The notes under the pieces were generated by a model. That model saw only the letters and a list, made by a program, of their open reading frames with translations. It searched no databases and had not been told where the DNA came from. 64,000 nucleotides of DNA from an uncultured Spirochaetota bacterium (lineage in GTDB: Bacteria > Spirochaetota > Spirochaetia > SZUA-6 > Fen-1364): positions 160,001 through 224,000 of the forward strand of contig CAWJSK010000012.1 in the NCBI GenBank assembly GCA_963845535.1. Reading direction: 5' to 3'. A program made the translations under genes and the position numbers. This document shows, piece by piece, positions 48,401 to 57,195 of the stretch. Numbering within the stretch: position 1 is the stretch's first letter; the number at the start of each line of letters is the position of its first letter.

Positions 48401-50974
48401 ATGAACATACGAGGCGACCGGCGCACCTTCCGCAACGAAGACCTTGTCCTGAAAGTCAGCCCGGACATTGACCCCAAAGTTTGGGATGAATCGAAGTATG
48501 AGGAGTTCTTTGATGAGTTGTGCGGAGTGCGAGAATACCAGAAGCAGGCTCTCCGGACGACCTTGCGCTACCTGCTTGGCGGTAAATATGCCGACCTGCA
48601 AGCGCTGGCGAAGGAAAACTTCGAGCGAAATTTGGAACTGAACCAGCGCTACGGTTCATGGTCGGGCATGGAGCGGCATTTGCAGCTGCCGGATAAATTG
48701 TCGTGCTCAATTGACCAGGCGACAGGCACGGGCAAGAGCTACGTGTTGTATGGCCTAGCGGCGACTCTGCTCGCGGAGGGCGCGGCAGATCGTGTGTTGG
48801 TGCTTTGCCCCTCGAATACGATCGAAGCAGGGTTGCTGACCAAATTCAGGGAACTGGCAGCGACCGGCGACTTACGCGACCTCTTGTCCGACGATGCTAG
48901 GGTACGGACGCCCAAAATCATTAACGCCTCCGAAAGCATTGTGGATGGTTCGATCTGCGTGGAGAACTACCATGCGATTCTTGAAAACGTGAGGTCATCC
49001 ATCCGCGACAGCCTCAAAGGCCAGGGCGCACGGGTCGCGGTGCTTAACGACGAGACACATCATGTGGCCAACGAATCGGGGATGGCTGCAAAGCGATGGA
49101 AGGAATTTCTTGTCAACCCGGAATACGGCTTCCGCTTTATCGTCGGCGTCTCGGGTACCTGCTATGTGGGGGACGACTACTTCGCAGATGTGGTGAACCG
49201 ATACTCGTTGCGGCAAGCGATTGAGGAAAGGTTCGTGAAAAGTGTCGAGTATGTAGCAGAGATGCCCGATACGGAGAATCCGGACGAGAAATGGCAGCTA
49301 ATCTACAACCGGCACCAGGATTGGAAAAAGAAACTCAAAAAACGCGGCATTCGGCCACTTACCATTACCGTGACAAGGGACATCAAGACCTGCAAGAGGG
49401 TAGCAGAGGAGTTGCAAGGGTTTCTTCAGGATTGGGAAAAGATCCCCGCCGAGCAGGCCGAAGCAAAAGTCTTGCCCGTGACTTCGGCCAAGGAGCACCA
49501 GCCAAACATTGCGCGACTTAAACAGGTCGACAACCCGGCAAGCAGGGTGGAATGGATTGTCTCGGTGTCTATGCTGAGCGAAGGTTGGGACGTGAAGAAC
49601 GTGTTCCAGATCGTACCACACGAGGAGCGAGCGTTCAACAGCAAGCTGCTCATCGCCCAAGTACTTGGCCGCGGTCTTCGGCGGCCCGACAACTGGCAGG
49701 GTGAGGACCCCATCGTATCGGTCTTTAACCACGATGCTTGGTCGGGACGCATCAAGCACTTGGTCAACGAGATACTGGAGGTTGAACGGCGGCTTACATC
49801 GAGGGTGGATCCACGCTCGCCCTACAATTTCGAGCTGCACAATCTGAACTACGATCGCATGGAGGACATCAGCGAATACACAAAGAAAGGCGAATATCGC
49901 CTTCTGGAGGAAGGGTTCGTTGAACTCCCCACCCAAGTGGAGGCCGAGGATGTCACAGTGGAATTCGAGCGCGCTGTGAGCGGCGATCATGTGAGTTTCA
50001 AGACGCGCATCGAACACAAGATTTTTACCGTTGAGGAAGTTGCAGAGCAGATGTTCCAGCGGCTGAAGTCCATTGACGAGGAGTCAAAAGACGCGGAAAA
50101 CCCAAGAGACCGAACGCATTACGGCAAGAAGTATCCCTTTGAGAAATGCGAAGTCATTGTCCGAGAGTCTCTTAAGCGCGCCAAGATACGGGGCGACAGG
50201 ATCACCGACGAAAACCGCCAGAAGTTCTTGCAGGCCCTCGGCACGCTGAGGCGGAAAATGGCAAAGCGCGTGGTTTACAAGCTTTCCCCAAAAGCCCTGC
50301 TGACGCTGAGCACCGCCGAGCGGCAGGCGGAAAGTTGCAGTGCTGCAGAGCTCCGGCGATGGTCGAAAGCCATTTTCTACACTTCCGGATGCGTGAACAC
50401 TCTGGAAGACGAGCAAAAGGAGTTCTTTCAGGAAGTCGAAGACCCAGACGGCGATTTCGTCAACGGCCGCATTCGCGTAGAAAACTCCAACGATTTCAAG
50501 ACGCCGGCAAACTTCGTAATTGCCGACGCTACGCCGGAGCGAAAGTTTGTACGCGACCTGACTAGCCGGGAGAACTCTAGCGAGCTCGATGGTTGGCTGA
50601 AGAACACCCCTGTTGGATTCTACTCGCTGGAGTACGCATGGAAGAAGGGCAATAAACCGAAGCGAGGCGAGTTCAGCCCGGATTTCTTTATCAAGCAGGG
50701 CAATTGGATCTTTATCACGGAAATCAAAGGGGACGAAGAGATTACCGACGTTTCGCCGGAAAACGTCAAAAAGCACGAATACGCAACGGAGCACTTTAAG
50801 CGGCTGAACCGGTGGCTGAAGAACGTAGGTGCTACAATATGTTATCAGTTCAACATGGTGACGCCCAAGGATTTCGGCAAGTATTTCTCAAAGCTTAGGG
50901 AACACCAGTTGGAGGGCTTCAGGTCGGAGCTCGATGTCAAGATCGTGCAAGCAGAAAAAATCGGAATGAAATGA
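48401..50974 (+). CDS. res: Type III restriction endonuclease subunit (SF2 helicase plus PD-(D/E)XK nuclease)
   Basis: ATGTGKS, DETHH, MLSEGWDV, QVLGRGLR, FSPDFF..EIKG; ATG 48401. Confidence 0.88.
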   Translation: MNIRGDRRTFRNEDLVLKVSPDIDPKVWDESKYEEFFDELCGVREYQKQALRTTLRYLLGGKYADLQALAKENFERNLELNQRYGSWSGMERHLQLPDKLSCSIDQATGTGKSYVLYGLAATLLAEGAADRVLVLCPSNTIEAGLLTKFRELAATGDLRDLLSDDARVRTPKIINASESIVDGSICVENYHAILENVRSSIRDSLKGQGARVAVLNDETHHVANESGMAAKRWKEFLVNPEYGFRFIVGVSGTCYVGDDYFADVVNRYSLRQAIEERFVKSVEYVAEMPDTENPDEKWQLIYNRHQDWKKKLKKRGIRPLTITVTRDIKTCKRVAEELQGFLQDWEKIPAEQAEAKVLPVTSAKEHQPNIARLKQVDNPASRVEWIVSVSMLSEGWDVKNVFQIVPHEERAFNSKLLIAQVLGRGLRRPDNWQGEDPIVSVFNHDAWSGRIKHLVNEILEVERRLTSRVDPRSPYNFELHNLNYDRMEDISEYTKKGEYRLLEEGFVELPTQVEAEDVTVEFERAVSGDHVSFKTRIEHKIFTVEEVAEQMFQRLKSIDEESKDAENPRDRTHYGKKYPFEKCEVIVRESLKRAKIRGDRITDENRQKFLQALGTLRRKMAKRVVYKLSPKALLTLSTAERQAESCSAAELRRWSKAIFYTSGCVNTLEDEQKEFFQEVEDPDGDFVNGRIRVENSNDFKTPANFVIADATPERKFVRDLTSRENSSELDGWLKNTPVGFYSLEYAWKKGNKPKRGEFSPDFFIKQGNWIFITEIKGDEEITDVSPENVKKHEYATEHFKRLNRWLKNVGATICYQFNMVTPKDFGKYFSKLREHQLEGFRSELDVKIVQAEKIGMK

Positions 50975-51032
50975 ACACGTGCAAATTGTCTTCGCAACGA
51001 GAAAGAGCCATTCACGCCCACGGGCCGGCGTA

Positions 51033-51274
51033 CGGCCCTTCCAGTTTGTGCGCCAGCACGGCAGCGCTACTCACCCCCGCAGCGGAGGGCTGGCGGTAGT
51101 GAGCGGAGGCGAAGCCAGGGATGGCGGAGCCGGAGCGAGCGTACCGCCACCGAAGCCCCCCTTTTGAGCCCCCCCCTCCCAGACGACCATAGGGTACCTT
51201 AGCCGGGGGGTAAGCAGGGGGGGAGGGTCTGGGAGGGGGGGGCGGCAAAGGGGGCGAGGGAAGCCCGTAGCGTC
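51033..51274 (-). repeat. Long structured non-coding element, copy B (inverted relative to A)
   Basis: Reverse complement of 43870-44078 plus a 36-bp insert at 51098-51133. Confidence 0.9.
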
Positions 51275-51295
51275 AACCGGATGCGACCAGTCGCT

Positions 51296-52099
51296 TCACT
51301 GACCGGACCAGAAGGGGTCCCCTACACCTCCGGCCACCGGAAAGTGATCGCACCGCTTACGGACGTACAACAGCCTGTTGCTGGGCTGAACGGTCTGACG
51401 ATTTCCGTCGTATTCAAGATAGACAGCAGGCCAATCATGCTGACTCCAAGGGGTCAAGAGACCAACGAAGATGCCAACAGCAAGAGAAGCGAGCACACCG
51501 TTTGGCCATATGACTTGTGGACGGCTCCCTGCGGCGCCGTACCGGGCCGCCTCCTTGGAGAGCAAATCCTCATTCAGGAAACCGAGGCATTGCATACACG
51601 GGGCACCTGGCATCGAAAGAATGACCTGTCCTGATACGACGTAACCATCGGTTCCCTCTGATACATCCATGCCGATATCGATGTACGGAATAAGCAGCCG
51701 GCGACAGAACGCCTCAATGTCCCACCGGGCTGCGTAAGAATCCACGCATCCGAAAACCACCGCACAATCGTGCACACTAAGCGATTCCAGCTGCCATGGC
51801 GCGGCGACGCAGACCACCCGCGCAGACGGATTGATGCTTTTGATCAACCTTAGGGCCACGGTCGTCTTCAGCGTACCTGATTCGGAGTCAGCAGCGGTGC
51901 CACCCACAAGCCTGTTAAGGTTACTTTCCTCCACTTTGTCGGGATCGCAAATGACGAAGTCACACACGCCGATGTGCGCGAGCTGCTGAACCACGTGCGA
52001 GCCACCCCCGCCCAAGCCGATGACTCCTACCCGAACTGAACTCAAGATTTCGTCGCTTCGAATTCCAAGAAAGCTCTGACGAGATAGACGCTCGCTCAT
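51296..52099 (-). CDS. bilD: E1-like ThiF/MoeB family Ubl-activating enzyme (BilD-like)
   Basis: GLGGGGS, DPDKVEESNLNR, FGCVD, PCMQC; last gene of the Ubl-E2-JAB-E1 operon. Confidence 0.8.
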   Translation of the reverse strand: MSERLSRQSFLGIRSDEILSSVRVGVIGLGGGGSHVVQQLAHIGVCDFVICDPDKVEESNLNRLVGGTAADSESGTLKTTVALRLIKSINPSARVVCVAAPWQLESLSVHDCAVVFGCVDSYAARWDIEAFCRRLLIPYIDIGMDVSEGTDGYVVSGQVILSMPGAPCMQCLGFLNEDLLSKEAARYGAAGSRPQVIWPNGVLASLAVGIFVGLLTPWSQHDWPAVYLEYDGNRQTVQPSNRLLYVRKRCDHFPVAGGVGDPFWSGQ

Positions 52100-52602
52100 G
52101 CCCAGTCCCTCAACAGCGTCATTGGGCGGCCCACCACGTCGAAGTCACTTATTCTGATCGGCTTACGATTTGCCTGTACCCAGCAAAGACCGGCCGCCGA
52201 GTCCATGCTTAGGACCAGCGCTCCATGGGGGTACTCCGGACGCACGTGCCAGAAGTCCGGCATGAACTTGCGGTTCTCGCGAAGATCAGTAGAGCTGAAC
52301 CAAGGTCTGCCCTCATGCTCATGGACATGCACGTGAAACATTGACCTTTTGAGGCCGTAGGCCAGTTGCAAGGCCTTTCGGATTGCATCCGCACCCATCA
52401 TGGCGCCAACGCTCTGGTCGTCGATATAGTCCTGATCGGCCACCGGATGATACTGAGAGGCCAAAACCATGATCCCCCCTTTCGAGCGAGCAACTCCACA
52501 GGAAAGGAAACCCACCCGCTCTGCCGCGAACGCGTGTGGGCGCGCAAGATCCTGCCGGACCTCCTGGAGAAGAGAGGAGGTCATTTTGAATAGGATTTTC
52601 AT
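52096..52602 (-). CDS. bilC: JAB/MPN+ metallopeptidase (BilC-like deubiquitinase)
   Basis: ERVGFL..HVH..FSSTD JAB motif; ATGA overlaps on both sides. Confidence 0.78.
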   Translation of the reverse strand: MKILFKMTSSLLQEVRQDLARPHAFAAERVGFLSCGVARSKGGIMVLASQYHPVADQDYIDDQSVGAMMGADAIRKALQLAYGLKRSMFHVHVHEHEGRPWFSSTDLRENRKFMPDFWHVRPEYPHGALVLSMDSAAGLCWVQANRKPIRISDFDVVGRPMTLLRDWA

Positions 52603-52922
52603 TTCAGCGCGTCCAAGTGCCCCAAGAGAATCTGGAGCGGCCTCAGGGTCGCCGGCACCCCGTTCCAAGACCATGTATGCCAAGCCTTGCCGAGGATTTG
52701 ATGCACCGACCAATTTGCTCCCTTGCCTGGCACAGGCGAGGAGAGAAAAAGGCGGGTAGCGTACCCGCCGTGCTGCTGCGGGCAAAGCAGCGCCTCCACC
52801 ACAGTGTCCCCGCCCGGCAGCTTCAGCTTAGGGAGGTGGAAATAGGGCACCCCGGCTTCTGTCATTTCTTCTGCTCCAGGGCATACTAGGCGTAACTCAG
52901 CTATGGCATGGTCGCTGGCCAT
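52599..52922 (-). CDS. bilB: Prokaryotic E2-like conjugating protein (BilB-like)
   Basis: LPKLKLP, LLCP..GY.TRLF, ILGKAWHTWSW, ILLGHL; lies between the Ubl and JAB genes. Confidence 0.68.
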   Translation of the reverse strand: MASDHAIAELRLVCPGAEEMTEAGVPYFHLPKLKLPGGDTVVEALLCPQQHGGYATRLFLSSPVPGKGANWSVHQILGKAWHTWSWNGVPATLRPLQILLGHLDALK

Positions 52923-53183
52923 CTATGCCGAGCCTCCCTGCCGGACGTGACTCACGAAAACTTCCCCACCCCTGAGCGTGATCCGCTGGTCGTCTTGCAG
53001 CGGCTGGAAGACGCCTTCGACCACTTGGTCCAGAGCCGCGTTTGCATCCACGCCTACTTCCCTTTTGAACTCAGCCACAACCCAGCTCCCGCGGTGAACG
53101 GTCTTGGGTTGCGTGTCGACCGTGACCACCACATCAGGACCGGTCTGCGGATGCTCCTTCACCTCTTGCTGTTCGCTGTCCAT
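52923..53183 (-). CDS. bilA: Single-domain ubiquitin-like protein (BilA-like)
   Basis: 86 aa beta-grasp-like pattern ending ITLRGGEVFVSHVRQGGSA; RBS AGGAG. Confidence 0.72.
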   Translation of the reverse strand: MDSEQQEVKEHPQTGPDVVVTVDTQPKTVHRGSWVVAEFKREVGVDANAALDQVVEGVFQPLQDDQRITLRGGEVFVSHVRQGGSA

Positions 53184-53282
53184 GTACATGCTCCTGTTTG
53201 CAGCTTCAAAAAGCCGCATGATTTGTGAGGCACCGGCACCAAGTGCTGCGCCCCGGCTCGGCCAACGGCCGTATCCGGGGAA

Positions 53283-53395
53283 AGCATACCCCGGAACGGC
53301 ACTTCATGTCAACCATGCAAACTTATACTAAGGCATTAGGTTTGTATTACAAACATGTTTCCATGGTTGACATTTCTTATTGTTTGCGATAGCGT
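53283..53395. promoter_or_regulatory. Back-to-back sigma70 promoters with mirrored operator-like boxes
   Basis: Minus strand TTGACA(53312-53307)-18 nt-TATGCT; plus strand TTGACA(53367-53372)-17 nt-TAGCGT; 17-bp inverted repeat 53306-53322 / 53357-53373 (16/17); palindrome GTTTGTA-T-TACAAAC at 53340-53354. Confidence 0.75.
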
Positions 53396-53401
53396 AGATG
53401 G

Positions 53402-53830
53402 ATGCCTGCAAGCAGCCTGACGGTATACCGCGCGTTCGGCAGGCGATTACGCGACGCAAGACGGAAAGCAGGGATGACCCAAGCTCGGCTTGCAAAGGCT
53501 GTGGAGATTTCAAGGACTTCGATTACCAACATCGAGGCCGGTCGGCAGCCCGTCTATCTCCATTTGTTCATGAGGCTCGCGGAAGTCCTTGGCTTGGCTG
53601 GAGCTGACTTGCTTCCCACGAGCACGGAGACGGAACCGTCGGGAGAGATGACCGAACTATTGAGCGGGCTGCCCTCAGACACGCGCGACTGGATCAATCG
53701 GGTCATCTCATCCCCTGAAGAAGGAGGACCCAATGCCGCCGAAATTCTCGCTCGCAAGACAGAGAGCCTCGGACCTTCTGGAGGAAGGCGCCGTACGAAA
53801 GACACCCGTGCCCGTCGAAAGACTCGCTAA
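53402..53830 (+). CDS. XRE family HTH transcriptional regulator
   Basis: GRRLRDARRKAGMTQARLAKAVEISRTSITNIEAGRQ; probably leaderless. Confidence 0.9.
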   Translation: MPASSLTVYRAFGRRLRDARRKAGMTQARLAKAVEISRTSITNIEAGRQPVYLHLFMRLAEVLGLAGADLLPTSTETEPSGEMTELLSGLPSDTRDWINRVISSPEEGGPNAAEILARKTESLGPSGGRRRTKDTRARRKTR

Positions 53831-54257
53831 GCTTGTTGGCGCCTCGGTCAAATACGAAGACTTCGAGGGAAAGCTGTCTGGAATGGTTCACCGGAAACCC
53901 GATGGGACCGTCATCATCGGGGTGAATGGCAAACATGCTCCAACCCGACAGCGCTTCACAATCGCGCACGAGATCGGACATGTTTTGCTACACAAGAACG
54001 AGAAGCTTCATATAGACGAGAAATCCCCAATTGGCTTCCGTGACCAGAAGTCCGGCTTAGCTATAGACGACCAGGAGATCGAGGCCAACCAGTTCGCCGC
54101 GGAACTGCTCATGCCTCGTCCATTGCTCGAGAAGGACGTCGAGCGCTTGCCTGGAGACATCGAACTGAACGAAGCGATAGATCGGCTGGCCCATAAGTAC
54201 GAGGTTAGCGTTGAAGCGATGACGATTAGGCTAAACGCGCTGGGGTTCGTCTCATAG
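53733..54257 (+). CDS. ImmA/IrrE family Zn metallopeptidase
   Basis: RQRFTIAHEIGH (HExxH), EIEANQFAAELLMP; RBS GGAGG. Confidence 0.92.
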   Translation: MPPKFSLARQRASDLLEEGAVRKTPVPVERLAKLVGASVKYEDFEGKLSGMVHRKPDGTVIIGVNGKHAPTRQRFTIAHEIGHVLLHKNEKLHIDEKSPIGFRDQKSGLAIDDQEIEANQFAAELLMPRPLLEKDVERLPGDIELNEAIDRLAHKYEVSVEAMTIRLNALGFVS

Positions 54258-54312
54258 AAACGCTCCCGACCGGCTGAGGGCAATCTTCAAACCGGGGCCA
54301 CATAAAGTCCTG

Positions 54313-55928
54313 CTAGGAGACCGTAGGGCGTAGAAGCGAGCTTCACCGTGTCGCGGGCTCCGATGGCCATCGCGTTTCCGCGGAAGCGTCGCCGCCTTCC
54401 ACGGGACTCCCGAAATGCGCTCTTCCGTCGGTGAAGCGTCATTCATCTTGGTTGCTATGCCGTGCAGGCGGCCAGGGAGGCGGGTTCAGGACCTTGGGTC
54501 GGCCGATGTCGGAACAGCTTCAGTAGATTGTGTGCGAGGCAGACGAACGCCCATTCCCGCCGAACCTTCGCCAATCTCACGCTGTGAGAAACGTCGAAAG
54601 CCTCGTGCCTGCTCGATCTGGCCAAAGACCGGCTCCACAATGACCTTCCGCCGGGAGTAAGCCGCCTTGCCTTTGACGGCATTCAGCTTCTCTCGCATGC
54701 AAGCTCTCTGCGTCTGGGCTGGAGTACGCACAGTTGCTGCCAGCGCTTGTTGAGCCTCCCCGCGGCCCACAGCGATATACGGCTCAACGTGGCGAGCCTG
54801 CAATTGCTGCACGCCCTCTGCGGAGAAGTACCCGCTATCGGCCAGCAGGGCCTGAGGAGGCTGACCCTCCAGGGCGAGCATCCGTTCGACCATCGGCACC
54901 AGGTACTCCTGGTCCGGAGCCTGATTGCTTACCCCGTGGGCAAGAATGACTTGGTGGGCTTCATCCACGACCACCTGCGCGTTGTAGGCATGAATGTAGG
55001 CTCCGTCCTTGACCATAATGCAGCTCTCCGGATCGGTGAAGTTGCGCTGCGCCGTCAGTGTGGGCTTTCCGTCCACCTCGCAGGCAACCCGATGCAAAGG
55101 TAGTTCCGGCTGCTCACCGCCCTTCTTGTCCCCCTCCTTCTTCTCGGGGGCGATCGCATCGGCTTGTTGTGTGGCCTGCTCTGCGCGCGTACGCGAACGC
55201 TTGCGTTCGTGATCCGGCAGTGATTCGTCATCGGCCTTGGTGCGTTGCTGTTCGGCTTGCTCGCGTAACTGCCCCGCCCGGTTCTCGGCGGCCTCCTTCT
55301 CCAGTTCCGCGCGAGCCTCGTGTAACCGCTGCAGACGCGTCTCCCGTCGGGCCGTTCCGCCGGCAAATCCTCCTTATCCTGACCGGACCCATATAGCTCG
55401 TCTTCTTTCCTATCGGCCTGCTCGGCGCGTCGAAGCAACTCCGCCACCTGTCGCTGCAGGCGTGACTCTTCCTCGTTCATTCGTTTGTAGCTCATCGCTT
55501 TGTGCTTGCTCGCCGCCGCTTTGATCTTTGCCCCATCCAGCGCCACCAGCCCCAACTTCACCAGTCCGGCGGCTTGGCACAACCGCAGCCCCTCGACGAA
55601 CAGTCTGCCCAGCGATTCCCCGTGATCAAGTCGAAACTGGTTGATCGTTGTGAAATGCGGATACTCTCCGCCGCTGATCACTCGAAAGGCCACATCCTCA
55701 TAAGTGGCCCGTGCAATGCGCCGCGAGGAATAGATCCCGACGCTGTAACCGTAGAGCAACAACCCCACCATCATCCCGATCGCATAGGGCCGTTCTCCCC
55801 GAGGATTCTTCTGGTGGACTTCCTGAGCGATCTCCCCCAGATTCAATTGCTCCACCACATCCAGGATGAAATAGGCCAGATGACTCGCGGGCAGCCAGTC
55901 CATCGGAGAAGGGGGCAACAGGTACTGG
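54313..55928 (-). mobile_element. IS1182 family element remnant (left end deleted; frameshifts near 55355 and 54585)
   Basis: LLPPSPMDWLP..HLAYF, SSRRIAR, LDGAKIKA, NFTDPES, YNAQ, ADSGY, RKVIVEPVFGQI, HNLLKL; outer end approximate. Confidence 0.8.
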
Positions 55929-56656
55929 TTGAAGAAGATCACATCCGGCGTGCCGCTCAAGGATGCTGCCTGCAGGATGGCACCGTCCGAGGGCGCAAGA
56001 GCGAGGATCTTTCCTGCGTCGCAGGCGCAATACAGGATCTGCCCGTCCGCGTCCAGGTCAAGGCCGTGCGGGCCAGCGGCAGGGACAGTCAGCTCGCGCG
56101 TCACCTTGTCAGGATGCGCCGCCTCCACCACCAGGATCCGGGGCGGGTCGGCGATATTGACGTAGAAGAGGTCCTCGGGAGGATCGAATACTGTCCAGCG
56201 CGTCCGTCCCGGGACGAGGATTGAGTGAATCATCTTCTGGCGCGTGATGTCCACCACGGAGAGCGTAAAAGAGCCGGCCTCGTCAGGGCTGCCCACGTTG
56301 GCAGCAAGAAGCAGGCCGCGCCGCGGGTCAAAGGAAAGGCCGTTGGGGCGGACGCCAACGGGGACCTTGAAACGCCCCTGCTCATTGCCAGGTGCGAAAA
56401 CGGACACCATATCCTCGCCCCGGTTGGATGTGAAAACGAGGTCCCTCTCCTCTGAAACCAACGCACCGGCTGCGCCGGTCAGCCCGGGAACGGAGCGCAG
56501 AAATTGGCCCGATGCGCAATCGATCACATCCACGGCATCGTTGGCGGTGTGGGCCACGTACAGGAGGTTCTTCCCGCCGTGCACGGCCGCATGGTCGAAA
56601 CCTCCCGGAGCGTGATGCTCGGGCAGGTCGACGAACCGCAGGGACCGAAGGCCCAT
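55928..56656 (-). pseudogene. YncE family beta-propeller protein, 3'-truncated and fused in frame to the IS1182 transposase
   Basis: GGFDHAAV, VAHTAND, VGVRPNGL, GPHGLD, PDVIFFN followed directly by QYLLPPS. Confidence 0.75.
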
Positions 56657-56758
56657 CACTGCCACCCGCGCATGACTACTTCTTCGCCACCTGCAGACGG
56701 CACCACGCGTACAGCGCGGTCGGTACACGTATCACCTACTGGAATCACACAGCTTCAT

Positions 56759-56798
56759 GACGCACGGCTTCCCTCGCCGCCCTTGCCGCCTCCCCCTC
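56759..56798 (+). repeat. Degenerate short copy (D) of the island element end
   Basis: GACGCACGGCTTCCCTCGCCGCCCTTGCCGCCTCCCCCTC aligns with the start of copy A (from 43870). Confidence 0.75.
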
Positions 56799-56902
56799 TT
56801 GATGCGTTGATTGACAGCAAAGGAGGTATTATGCTCCAAATGCAATTAGAGACGAAGTGTGTCCCTAACAACACTTGTAATGTATCTGGCCGGAGCCTCA
56901 AT

Positions 56903-57146
56903 ATGAACGATCCTTTCGGGTGAGAAAATAGCTCGCGGATTGAGCGCCAGAGAGCGCGCCGTGCTCGCCACGTTCATGCGGAAGGGCCGCGTTACCGTCG
57001 ATGGCAAGGACGTGGCAAAGGAGTTCGAGCTCAGCCGGCCTCTCGCCAACAAGATCCTTATGCGCTTGGAGCGGAAGGGCTGGCTTCAGGGAGGGAAACG
57101 TGGGGTCTATATCTTCGTCCCTCTGTCCGAAGCACTCACGCAGTAG
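56903..57146 (+). pseudogene. AbiEi-like (type IV TA antitoxin) N-terminal wHTH fragment
   Basis: LSARERAVL..ILMRLERKGWL..KRGVYIFVP; frameshift near 56917; no C-terminal domain and no toxin gene. Confidence 0.6.
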
Positions 57147-57195
57147 GCCCACGTGCAGACCCTGGAGCAGGTAGCAGCTCAAGTATTCCGGCGGC

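Noticed and set aside
43870..51274. Element copies as integron attC sites or Tn3-family ends
   Set aside because: No RYYYAAC/GTTRRRY boxes at the ends, no IntI, no 38-bp Tn3-type repeat, no 5-bp duplication, and copy B lacks the terminal G-run
51296..53183. CBASS/Pycsar Cap2-Cap3 ancillary genes, or thiamine/Moco ThiF-ThiS biosynthesis
   Set aside because: No nucleotide cyclase or effector is adjacent, E1 and E2 are separate genes with a dedicated Ubl, and no thi or moa genes are nearby
55055..56728. 557-aa YncE-transposase ORF as a functional domesticated fusion
   Set aside because: Both parts are truncated at the junction and the transposase part is frameshifted downstream
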